The notes under the pieces were generated by a model. It ran no database searches. It was not told where the DNA came from and saw nothing but the letters and a program-made list of their open reading frames with translations. DNA of 64,000 nucleotides from Aureliella sp. (GTDB taxonomy: Bacteria; Planctomycetota; Planctomycetia; Pirellulales; Pirellulaceae): the NCBI GenBank assembly GCA_963691875.1, contig OY829846.1, forward strand, positions 4,032,001 to 4,096,000. Reading direction: 5' to 3'. Both the position numbers and the translations under genes were made by a program. Shown here one piece after another: positions 12,701-21,208 of this stretch (its first letter is position 1; each line of letters opens with the position of its first letter).

Positions 12701-13799
12701 CATAGCGGATTCCGGGTACCGTCAAAGACGATTCGGCTACGTTGGTTGAAAGTACAATCCGGCGTTTGCTATGTCCCGCAAATATCTTGTTCTGTTCAGC
12801 TTGTGTTAGCCGGGCATAGAGTGGCAGAATCTCTACCGACTTCTCCTGACCTCTAGCAGCAAAGTGGCCTCGCAAATATTTCGCTGTAGCCCTGATGTCT
12901 CGTTCGGTTGGGAGAAAAGTGAGTATATCGCCGGTACCCTCTTCTTCCAATTCATCCACTGCGGCCGCGATAGCTCGCGACTGTTCGTCGTCGTCTCCAA
13001 AACTATCGCCGTCTAGCTCATGTTCGGGTGGTCGGTACCGAATTTCTACAGGATAGGTCCGGCCGGATACTTCTATAATCGGCGCCGGCCCCTGTTCATC
13101 GGCGAAGTGTTTGGCGAACTTCTCTGGATCTATCGTAGCTGAGGTGATGATCAGCTTGAGATCTGGCCGCCGCGCTAGCGTCTTACGAAGATAGCCCATC
13201 AAGAAGTCGATATTAAGCGAGCGTTCGTGCGCTTCATCTATAATCAATGCATCGTATTGATCCAAGAACCGATCGCTTTGAGTTTCCGCCAGCAGCACGC
13301 CATCGGTCATTAACTTGATCAGAGTATTTTGCTTGGTTGCGTCGGTGAAACGTATCTTGAAGCCGACCAACTCTCCAATCGTCGTCTTCAATTCTTCTGC
13401 AAGTCTTGCCGCGACCGAGCGCGCGGCTAGACGTCTTGGCTGTGTGTGGCCGATTAAGCCCGACACACCATAACCTGCATCAAGCAAAAACTTCGGAAGC
13501 TGAGTACTCTTACCAGATCCTGTTTCGCCACAGACGACGATCGTCTGTCGCTCGCGGACTAGATTAATGATCTCTTCGCGATGATCCGTGATAGGCAGAT
13601 CAGAGTCATATTCGCGGTCGGGCAATAATCCTTCGCGGAGCGCATACCGCTCAGCCGAGGCTTCGAGCTTGGCTTGCCACTTCTCTTGCTCACCATCGCG
13701 GCCCCGACCTGCCTGCAGGCGTTGCCACTGTTTCAGCAATCGGTGTCGATCCGATTGCATGATGCGCTGGAAGGACTCTGGAAGGGGTTGGCTCGACAC
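9789..13799 (-). CDS. hrpA: ATP-dependent RNA helicase HrpA
   Basis: GETGSGKSTQLPK, HTQPRRLAARSVA, DEAH, SAT, STNVAESSLT, QRSGRCGR; C-terminal WMIEEYRVSVFAQ typical of HrpA; 1336 aa. Confidence 0.97.
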   Translation of the reverse strand: MSSQPLPESFQRIMQSDRHRLLKQWQRLQAGRGRDGEQEKWQAKLEASAERYALREGLLPDREYDSDLPITDHREEIINLVRERQTIVVCGETGSGKSTQLPKFLLDAGYGVSGLIGHTQPRRLAARSVAARLAEELKTTIGELVGFKIRFTDATKQNTLIKLMTDGVLLAETQSDRFLDQYDALIIDEAHERSLNIDFLMGYLRKTLARRPDLKLIITSATIDPEKFAKHFADEQGPAPIIEVSGRTYPVEIRYRPPEHELDGDSFGDDDEQSRAIAAAVDELEEEGTGDILTFLPTERDIRATAKYLRGHFAARGQEKSVEILPLYARLTQAEQNKIFAGHSKRRIVLSTNVAESSLTVPGIRYVIDTGLVRISRYAPRSRVRRLPIEIVSQASANQRSGRCGRVGPGVCIRLYEEDDFEKRPKFTTSEIKRSDLASVILQCHTLNLGKLEELPLLDAPMPEALRDGKRTLYELGATEEDDRLTKVGRQLGKLPCDPRVGRMLLEADQRNCLAEVVVIAAAIECQDVRQRPAGQRPQADEAHAIFNDPHSDFLSYLRLYRFFEDLRGKLGRSRLQKALQQKFLSYQSFREWSDIIRQLKDILSDAKMKVGKLTVNLPKIDPEFLEQMKERVGDRGNKRIKGEKAAQPKLKRPEGYAAIHQSLLSGLLRGIAQRGDRHEYKAAGGLEVVLWPGSGLFQRQPRWVVASEVIETSKRYARTVAEVDVEWIEQAGKRLLKHSYSDPHWSSKTGNAMVYRRSTLFGLPVVAGRRTPLAPLDAETARRLLIEHGLVAGVWRCNEAFYLHNQELLEDIAELAKRTRSRNYIVDHFHMINFYDQHLPFEIVDLRSLESWVKAKRGTTAEKKLWLEPSDLLEETPEGSLENSYPNELHIGKTSLPLNYHFEPGSEKDGVTITVPQVALKQVSEESLGWLIPGMLEEKILHLIKSLPKSLRTNFVPAPDVSRVLASEVASVSRDEPFSAALCRVMRDYSGEVVRATDFDPQKLPQHLRFLVRVVDDAGKEIASSREIGELQDSFALHTPELQAPSEEAKDWKNRQVDPGNFEDYPESIRVRSGGVMVSAFPTLFDQGEKVELRLCDNEAESMRQGQLGMTRLFAIKHSKSLRNQVRHLPNLDQAKMRLSHLLAGADLRAKLYDLLARAALVDDKPVVRSKIDYDSRNADAARQISIATQDISLWLPKFSEQVQALRLQLEKLPDMWREVGEDIERQKQFLFSDDFLARVPWSAMKEYPRYLQAIVQRIDKLKSGGLPKDRKQRAPIEKLNDQFKELSEGKPDSSAVESIGWMIEEYRVSVFAQNLGTRQSVSEKRIREAIERLS

Positions 13800-13846
13800 T
13801 GGATGAGAAGATGATGCGTGGAGTGTGTAAGTCTCTTAACTCCCAA

Positions 13847-13872
13847 GTAGCGGAAGTCGTCGAGACTTTCGG
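13847..13872 (+). repeat. GTAG-type REP-like palindrome
   Basis: GTAG-CGGAAGTC-GTCGA-GACTTTCG-G in the gap between hrpA and the radical SAM gene. Confidence 0.65.
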
Positions 13873-13918
13873 CATGCTATGGTCCATTAGGCTTCGACGT
13901 GATGGAGACTTTCGAAAA

Positions 13919-15247
13919 CTACGTTTCTGACTGCTCGCTGCTGCCTGGAGCCGATACGAGTTCTGGTGCTTGGAGAACAGGTAAGCTCAATTTGTTCGCC
14001 TCGATCTCGCTGCCTTCTGCATCAGGATCCAACCAATTTTCAGCTTTGAAGTGCTTCGTGTAAGCCCCAAAATCATTGAAAGCTAGCCACTTGGCGAGTC
14101 GAACTGCCCAACTTCGTTCAGGTATCTCTCCGCCTGGCACATACTGAGATCGCCGTGGTACCGTCGCGGCTAATTCTGCCATCGCGGTTTGACGATGCGT
14201 GGTATCTCGAGCTCCGTGTTTATCTGCTAACTTCATTAACATGTCTGGCCGCTCCAAAACTACGCAACCTCGAGTGTGTTCCGCTGCGAGCTCTCGGAAG
14301 TCTCGCAAAAACTCACTTTCATTGAAGGTATCCTTCAGCGGCTTGTCGTCGTGGATGCTTTCTGTCGCCAACTGAATGATCGGGCAGGGCTCGATATCTC
14401 CGGCCGGTCCGACGTGGTGCGTGAATCCGGTTGCTGCGGGGCAGAGCGCTCGACCTTCACCATCATGATAAGCATCGATGACTACGATTGGCTTCGTCGC
14501 TCGCGTATCTACGACGAACTGCCTGACGTGTCGCAATTGATCTGGTTCTAACGAAAGTTCTGGCATCGGCTCTGGTCCCATCGGTCGATAGACGTGGAAC
14601 CAGCAGTACATGACTCCCATCCCGATCAATCGATCTACCCACTGATTGGTAAGTAGGTCATCGATGTTTGTCTTACAAATACTCGTACATACACCGGTAA
14701 GGACCTTATTGTCGAGGCAGTTATGAATTCCCTGCATGGTTCGATTCAGGACTTCACCTTTTCCCCGTCGCTCGTCGCTGACGATCTCCGTTCCCTCTAC
14801 GGAGATAAGAGGCGTCACATTGCCCATCGTCCGCAAACGTTTGGCTACTTCTTCGGTAATAAAGTGCCCATTGGTGAAGACTTGGAAGTAAGCGTCTGGT
14901 TGTCCCTCTAGAAAATCGAGCAACTCTTTGTGTAAGAAAGGTTCACCGCCCAAGATCCCGAAGAAGGCGTTACCCATCGCTTTGGCTTCGTTGACAGTGC
15001 GATTCAAAGCATCGATGTCGATCTTAGTCTGCTTCGCGGTGACGTCGACCCAGCAACCTTGACAACGAAGGTTACAGCTGTTGATGATACTCAGATATAA
15101 AAAGGGTGGGAAAAATTCTCCTCGTTTCAGACGCTTTCGATGTCTTTGAACGCTGCGAAAACCCTTCCATCCTGCCTTGTAGAACAAGTTCCACAACAAA
15201 CGCTTGTCCGTTTCCATGAGAAGCCGTTTGGCCATTCGAAGATACAT
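13919..15247 (-). CDS. Radical SAM protein with SPASM/twitch-like C-terminal domain
   Basis: CNLRCQGC (CX3CX2C), GGEPF, FTNG, then CPA...GDIEPC and a later Cys. Confidence 0.92.
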   Translation of the reverse strand: MYLRMAKRLLMETDKRLLWNLFYKAGWKGFRSVQRHRKRLKRGEFFPPFLYLSIINSCNLRCQGCWVDVTAKQTKIDIDALNRTVNEAKAMGNAFFGILGGEPFLHKELLDFLEGQPDAYFQVFTNGHFITEEVAKRLRTMGNVTPLISVEGTEIVSDERRGKGEVLNRTMQGIHNCLDNKVLTGVCTSICKTNIDDLLTNQWVDRLIGMGVMYCWFHVYRPMGPEPMPELSLEPDQLRHVRQFVVDTRATKPIVVIDAYHDGEGRALCPAATGFTHHVGPAGDIEPCPIIQLATESIHDDKPLKDTFNESEFLRDFRELAAEHTRGCVVLERPDMLMKLADKHGARDTTHRQTAMAELAATVPRRSQYVPGGEIPERSWAVRLAKWLAFNDFGAYTKHFKAENWLDPDAEGSEIEANKLSLPVLQAPELVSAPGSSEQSET

Positions 15248-15579
15248 CGTATGCCTCTAAGCGGAGCTATGCTCGGTTGGATATGACTGCAGACCACACC
15301 GCGACACTGCATAGTTAGCGCGGCTCATTAAAAACACCAATTGGCGATTATCTTTCGACTTTATCGCTTAAACCAGCCCATTTTAGAATTCCGGCAAGAA
15401 TCTGTTTCACCACGATTCTGCCGGCCTATGTTCGCTAAACCCTATACTAATTCGATGAGTAGAATCCCTATCATCTTTCGCCTTACGATGAAGGTATTGG
15501 TGTAGAATGATGGCATCGTAACTTTCGATTTCGGTAAGCTTTGATATTGATCTATTGACCGTTTTCTTCTGAGTTTCTA

Positions 15580-16200
15580 GTGAATCGCACCCTTCATCAA
15601 AAATTGCTCGACCAGGCCCTGGGTGGTGATTCTGATGCTCTGGGAGAATTATTGGAGAATTATCGTGCGTATTTGACCGTCTTGGCGCAGCGCTACCTGG
15701 ACGGTCGCTTGCGAGGGCGACTAGATGCTGCTGATGTGGTCCAAGTTACTTTCTTGGAGGCTCAGCGAGATTTACCCGCGTTTCGCGGCTCCCAAATCGA
15801 GGAGTTGCTGGGCTGGCTGCGGCACATTCTGAGAAACAATGTCTCTTCGGCTCACCAGAAGCATATCTACACCCAAAAGCGATCTGCTGGTCGCGAAGTT
15901 TCCAACAGCCCGACCGATAGTCGCCCTGCTATCACGGACTTAGCTCCTTCCGAGACTACATCACCAAGTCAGCGGATGATGCGGGATGAAGCGGCTGTGT
16001 ACTTAGCAAACTGCTTGGAGGATTTGCCTGACACGCAGCGAGAAGCTCTCAGGCTTCGCTATGTCGAAGGAAGTTCGCTAAAACAAATTGCTGAATCGAT
16101 GGAGAAGACCGAGATGGCCGTGGCCGGATTACTCAAACGCGGACTAAAAGCCCTCCGCAACAAGATGATAACCGATAGCTCCAGCGGTATCCGCTCGTAA
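15580..16200 (+). CDS. ECF-type sigma-70 factor, planctomycete-type
   Basis: Region 2 DAADVVQVTFLEA...WLRHIL, TTSPSQ linker, region 4 LPDTQREALRLRYVEGSSLKQIAESM. Confidence 0.93.
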   Translation: MNRTLHQKLLDQALGGDSDALGELLENYRAYLTVLAQRYLDGRLRGRLDAADVVQVTFLEAQRDLPAFRGSQIEELLGWLRHILRNNVSSAHQKHIYTQKRSAGREVSNSPTDSRPAITDLAPSETTSPSQRMMRDEAAVYLANCLEDLPDTQREALRLRYVEGSSLKQIAESMEKTEMAVAGLLKRGLKALRNKMITDSSSGIRS

Positions 16201-16419
16201 ACGTTGTGGTATCTTAAGTCGTCAAGGCTTGTGAGCGGCTTTGACGCTAGCCGCCGTTTCTTCAGTTCGTCCCTCTTTTACACGGTATGGCAGCGATATC
16301 GTATCTGCTTGCTCGCGTATTGCCCGACGCCTTACGGCGATGCTGCTAACTAGTCGCGCCGAAGCAAGCCGGCACCATCACGATTGGGACTCTCTCGCTT
16401 CCGCGTCGCGCTTGTAGTA

Positions 16420-17382
16420 TCACTGCTCTAGCACGTAGGCAAAGATCAGGGGAGCGACGATCGTGGCGTCGCTCTGGATCATAAACTTCGGACTATCCTT
16501 GCTGAGTTTCGTCCAAGTGATCTTTTCGTTAGGTACTGCTCCTGAATAGCCACCATAGCTCGTTACTGCATCTGATATCTGTGCGAAGTAGTACCAGAGT
16601 GGGATATCCATCTCTAGATCTTGGATTAGCATCGGCACTGCACAAATCGCAAAGTCGCCAGCGATGCCGCCGCCTATCTGAAAGAACCCTATTGGTGACT
16701 CTTTGGACTGTTCTATGTACCACTTGGAAAACATCTCGAGCTGCTCCGTTCCACTCCGCATCGCCTGGTGGTTTGCCACTGTGCCATCCATCACGCGGGC
16801 GGTGAAGATATTTCCTAGCGTGCTGTCTTCGATGCCTGGCGAGACGATCGGGATCCCTTTTTCTCTCGCTGCGTTCAACCAGCTGTTTTCTATCGGCGAT
16901 TGATAGTGTTTTCGCAGCGTTTCGTCTTCCAGCACTCGAAAGAAGTATTCATAGGCGTAATATGATTCGCTTGCTTCTGCAGCGGCTGACCAATACTGAG
17001 TCAAATGAGATTCGATGTGACGCATCACCGTTTCTGGTATGCAAGTATCCGTGACGCGATTAAATCCGTCAGCTTGGAGCGCTACTTCGTCTGTGGCACT
17101 GAGGGCTCGCCAGTCTTCGATAACTCTATATTCGTTGTGAGCAAACAAATTGAAGATGTCTTCTTCTAGGTTTGCCGCCGTGCAACTAATTGCATGCACC
17201 TTGTCTTGCCGAATCATCTCGGCTAGTGATATACCTAGCTCTGCGGTGCTCATCGCTCCCGCTAGTGACACCAGCATCTTGCCGCCTGATTGACTAAACT
17301 CTCGGTAGGACTTCGCTGCCGCCAATGTTTCTCGTGCATTAAAGTGCCGATAGTGTCTTTCCATAAAGGCACTAATGGTCAT
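16420..17382 (-). CDS. Deoxyhypusine synthase-like protein (probably polyamine/homospermidine biosynthesis)
   Basis: AGAMST, NLEED, NRVTD, DSTLG, IGGG and GGYSGAVPNEKITWTK with the conserved Lys. Confidence 0.9.
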   Translation of the reverse strand: MTISAFMERHYRHFNARETLAAAKSYREFSQSGGKMLVSLAGAMSTAELGISLAEMIRQDKVHAISCTAANLEEDIFNLFAHNEYRVIEDWRALSATDEVALQADGFNRVTDTCIPETVMRHIESHLTQYWSAAAEASESYYAYEYFFRVLEDETLRKHYQSPIENSWLNAAREKGIPIVSPGIEDSTLGNIFTARVMDGTVANHQAMRSGTEQLEMFSKWYIEQSKESPIGFFQIGGGIAGDFAICAVPMLIQDLEMDIPLWYYFAQISDAVTSYGGYSGAVPNEKITWTKLSKDSPKFMIQSDATIVAPLIFAYVLEQ

Positions 17383-17493
17383 CTATGGATACTCCTTGAG
17401 AGGCTATGACGTGCGCCTGCTTTGGCGAGAAACACCATTCTTAGGTCGTGGACTAGGTTAAGAGCCCGGGGGTTTTCGCTCCCCAGTTAAAAA

Positions 17494-17718
17494 TTACTGT
17501 CGGCTCCCTTCGCAGCAAGTCTCACAGATGCGATGACAACGAGTGCTTTGAAATTTGGCCCTTATTTCCATCTGTGATCCGCCGCATACTGGACAAGCCA
17601 TTCGCCCTGGATTCCCTCCTGTACCGCACTGGGTTACTGGCGAGTTTTCTTGACCCTCTTTCCTTGCTGCTTCGTTCCGCTGATTTGTTGGTGTCATCTT
17701 ATCTTCCTGATAGTGCAA
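17494..17718 (-). CDS. Small Cys-rich, putative zinc-ribbon protein
   Basis: C-terminal CPVCGG-x(5)-RAKFQSTRCHRICETCCEG; same strand as the neighbours. Start is uncertain. Confidence 0.5.
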   Translation of the reverse strand: MHYQEDKMTPTNQRNEAARKEGQENSPVTQCGTGGNPGRMACPVCGGSQMEIRAKFQSTRCHRICETCCEGSRQ

Positions 17719-18483
17719 CTATTCTATTTTCCCTCGGACTGGTTACTAAGTGATGATTTCCCGCGTTCCTTGTCAACTACCGTTCCGCCTAGTTACCGAG
17801 AGGGTCTTGCTGTTCCTTCTTCATACGGGCTTCCTTCTGAGACGAAAGCATCGCTCGTATCGCTCTCCTCCTGTTCCTCCACCAACTTCCACTCTCCGCG
17901 ATAAACACCTACCTAAACCCTTTCGTCGTGCCCGGTATTTCCATTGTGCCGCCAGTATCTCCAATCTGCGTTATCTAGTCTTGAGCGGTATCTTCGCTTG
18001 AAGATGTCTGTGTTAATTGCAGTTTCATCAAATTCGAACCCTTTTCGGTACCAAACTTGAGTTTAGCTACTCCAGTCGGAATAGGTTTCGATAAGTTCTT
18101 CTACGGGATTGCTACCACTTCGACCAAGAGCCAATGGCTAGCCTATGTCGTCGCTATCTTCGCCGTACTGTGCGCCATCGGTCAACCTCGCTCGCTACTA
18201 CCTGTCTCCGTGATTTACCACGGACGCGAGATGCCCGGAAGAGAAGAAGCTACAGTTAGCTAACTATGCTGCTCGCACGAACCATTCCTTTTTCCAAAGG
18301 TCCGTGTCGTACAACAAGCTGTATACGTCGCTCCTCCGGTCCTACTAGAAATTGAAGCTAAAACACTGAAGTTAGACTTCGCTTTTTATGCACCCGAGAA
18401 CATCAATCAAGGTCTTTGGATTGATTTCTATTCTAGATCTTGCGGATGCCAATATCTACTTGATGGATCTACGAATCTATTCG

Positions 18484-19599
18484 TTAAGCATCCAGAGCCA
18501 TTGGCATAACTACGTAAGCGTAGCCGTCTTCGGTGCTCATCAATGCTGGTTGCGTCGACGACGCTACGTCCATCTTGAACTGAGCGTCTGAGTCTAGAAC
18601 TTTCAAGAAGTCACCGATGTAGCGATAGTCTAGCTTCATCTTTATCGGCTCGCCATCGTATTCTATCGGCATCTCTACACGACTCTGCCCCAAGTCGGCC
18701 GTGCTAGCCGTTAGCAATAGAGTGCCTCCTGAGAATTGAAAGTCCAATCCTCGCGTCTCTTGATCCGCTACGATCGATGCTTGTCGAATCACATTGTAGA
18801 ATGGACCGACCACCATATCGATTATGACCGAGTCTTCGCGACTAGGAATAACTTGCCGCCAGTTCGGGTAACGACCTTCGACCAGTCGTGAATAGATTGT
18901 GCAGCGACTTGTTCTCAGAAGTACGTCATTTTCGCGGCAAGCTATGTGGACGGTTTCTTCTTTGTCGCCAATCGATCGTTCCATCAAAGTCAACGACTTG
19001 GTTGGGATGATTGTTGTGCTTCCAGTTGTTTCATGGCTACCAACGTTCGTTCCACTACCAGTCATGCGAGCCAGGCGTCGGCCATCGGTGCCAACCGCCA
19101 AAACATCTTCACCATGCAACTCTAGCAGTACACCGCCTAGTGCAAATCGTGAGCTGTCTGGATCAGTCGCAAAGGATGTCCGCTTGACCATCTCCTTGAA
19201 CAGTCGAGCTGGAATCTCATGATACTTCTCTTCTTCGAAGCCCACTATGCTCGGGAACTCGTCCGGATTCACACTTGGCAGATTGAATTCGCTGTGCTGT
19301 CCTTTGACGACCGTTGTCGTACCATCGGATTCAAACTCTAGCTTCTCATCGCTACTTTCGCGAAGGATCATTCCGACACGGCCTACGTGCAACAGTGCTC
19401 GGCCTGCTGTTTGTACTTCGACTCCTTCTACTTCTATACGGATTCCCGTTTCCATATCGGTTGCCATCAAAGTCACTTTGTCTTCGCTCGCGTCGACTTT
19501 GACGTATTGCAGCACCTCTTTTGGGCTCCGCATTTGAGCCACGCTAGCGGCTAGCTGGAAAGCACCCGATAACTGTTCAAGATTGCAAGAGATTTTCAT
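18484..19599 (-). CDS. dnaN: DNA polymerase III beta sliding clamp
   Basis: ATDME, GTDGRRLA, SRLVEGRYPNW, YVVMPM; ~371 aa from the ATG at 19599 (the ORF track extends it to 19686). Confidence 0.97.
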   Translation of the reverse strand: MKISCNLEQLSGAFQLAASVAQMRSPKEVLQYVKVDASEDKVTLMATDMETGIRIEVEGVEVQTAGRALLHVGRVGMILRESSDEKLEFESDGTTTVVKGQHSEFNLPSVNPDEFPSIVGFEEEKYHEIPARLFKEMVKRTSFATDPDSSRFALGGVLLELHGEDVLAVGTDGRRLARMTGSGTNVGSHETTGSTTIIPTKSLTLMERSIGDKEETVHIACRENDVLLRTSRCTIYSRLVEGRYPNWRQVIPSREDSVIIDMVVGPFYNVIRQASIVADQETRGLDFQFSGGTLLLTASTADLGQSRVEMPIEYDGEPIKMKLDYRYIGDFLKVLDSDAQFKMDVASSTQPALMSTEDGYAYVVMPMALDA

Positions 19600-19800
19600 G
19601 ACGCTAAACCTTCCGCCGACGCTGTCAGCCGTATCGGCCTTATGCGAAGCTGCTTTCTCCACTGAAGAGGAACCCTTCTCCAGCAAACACTGGATATGCC
19701 TAGGGGCAGTGTGCCCGAGGTCTAAACCAAGTGTTTTACCGGTTGGTTAGCATCTACAGAAGATGGTCAACGCAAAATAAGTTCTTTACGTCCAGATTCC

Positions 19801-19855
19801 TATATTTAAATATGTAGTAGTAGTAGTAGTGCGAAGTGAGATCAACTTTTCCACA
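19801..19855. promoter_or_regulatory. Probable oriC basal unwinding module: AT tract + DnaA-trios + DnaA box
   Basis: TATATTTAAATAT (19801-13), (TAG)5 (19815-29), a short GCG spacer and TTTTCCACA (19847-55, fits TTWTNCACA), inside the dnaA-dnaN intergenic region. Confidence 0.85.
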
Positions 19856-20074
19856 TGCCGTCAAAGTCCAATCGAGGCGGACAAATCAAAGGACCGAAGA
19901 ACGATATAGACCGACTACTGACAGTGGGAAAAATGTCGCACAATCGTTCGGTAAGTGTCAGCGAGCGACGATAAGTAGGTGGGATTTAGACTGAGAGTAG
20001 AGTGCAAAGAAGACCGTGGCGGAAAGCTAGCGGAAACTCTACGCGGCTTTACAGACGATCAACAAGTTTTCACC

Positions 20075-21208
20075 TTACTTTTGAAGCAGTTCTTGCTGCA
20101 AATCAGATAGGGCTTTGGCGAGTTCCGCATCAGCTAGCAGGGCAGATTCAGTTTTTCGATGGGCATGCAGAATAGTGGAGTGATCGCGGCCGCCAAAATA
20201 TTCACCGATTTGCTGGAGGCTGGTATGGGTCAAGCGTCGACCGAGAACGATCGCCAGACCGCGAGCGCGAACAATGTGGGCTTGTCGGGTAGAGCCACGC
20301 ATATCGCTGATTTTGACGCGTAGAGTACGAGCAACACGTTTGGCGATGTCAGCAATAGTAAGCGAATCGCCATCGATCATTTGCATCACCAATTGGCGAA
20401 CAAGCTCGACGTTAAAAGAGCCGTCGGCGTCACGGTTTTGATGAGCAATCATCACCAAGGTTTTCAGCTTTGTAGCAGGTACAGTGCTCCCGAGAGACTC
20501 AGAGCAAGCCAAGAGTAGCTCGCGCTTCAAGCGAGGGTCGATGTCTTCAGCAAGTCCGTCGAGGATAACAGCTTGAGTAGCACAAGCGGGTTGATGTATT
20601 CGTAGTGAAAGTCCGCCGGAAAGCCGACTGGATAAAGCCGGCAGTAGCGCGTCGAGGGAAGCAGGGAGTTTGGTAGATGTTAGCAGAACAGGAGCTTGAG
20701 CTTGACCGAGAAGGTCAAGTGCTTGAACAAGTTCACGTTGTGCGACCGGCTTGGTGGCAATTGAATCAACATCATCGACGACAAGAGCCTTGCACTGGCG
20801 AAAGCGATGATAAAACGCTTCGAGGTCATCGCTTTCGATGGCAGCTAGATGATCCTCAGCAAAGGAAGAACCAGTGCAGAAAGTGAGAGGACGTAGGCCA
20901 GTTGTGCGAGACCAAAGTATGGAAAGAGCGACGGACAAAGCCGTTTTACCCGTACCATGATCGCCATAAAGAACAATCGGTGAGCGGTGTTGGAGGTTGG
21001 CGATGAGAGACTTATCAAACAAGTGCAACAAACTCTGGTTTTCATCGCCAACCACATAGTAGGGCAGCATCCATCCTTGACCGTCCAAGCTAGGCAGCAA
21101 ACGACGAATAGAAGCAGGCTGCTCAAGTGGGATTTTAGAAGTAGCAGAAGAATTCACGGCACCAAGTACAGGGGAAGAATAGCGACAACCTAAGCGGCAG
21201 TGCGACAC
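20075..21208 (-). CDS. dnaA: DnaA-family initiator, short form (AAA+ and C-terminal DNA-binding domain only)
   Basis: YVVGDEN, Walker A GDHGTGKT, Walker B VVDDVD, sensor region LSSRLSGGL, domain IV IGEYFGGRDHSTILHA; directly upstream of dnaN. Confidence 0.88.
   Translation of the reverse strand: MSHCRLGCRYSSPVLGAVNSSATSKIPLEQPASIRRLLPSLDGQGWMLPYYVVGDENQSLLHLFDKSLIANLQHRSPIVLYGDHGTGKTALSVALSILWSRTTGLRPLTFCTGSSFAEDHLAAIESDDLEAFYHRFRQCKALVVDDVDSIATKPVAQRELVQALDLLGQAQAPVLLTSTKLPASLDALLPALSSRLSGGLSLRIHQPACATQAVILDGLAEDIDPRLKRELLLACSESLGSTVPATKLKTLVMIAHQNRDADGSFNVELVRQLVMQMIDGDSLTIADIAKRVARTLRVKISDMRGSTRQAHIVRARGLAIVLGRRLTHTSLQQIGEYFGGRDHSTILHAHRKTESALLADAELAKALSDLQQELLQK

Noticed and set aside
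17720..18480. Gap after dnaN where dciA/recF/gyrB might be expected; a minus-strand frame looks protein-like
   Set aside because: That frame has about six stops in ~135 codons, close to random, and no recognisable motif.
19814..19830. (TAG)n as a contingency microsatellite
   Set aside because: Its position between a DnaA box and an AT tract upstream of dnaN is better explained by DnaA-trios.
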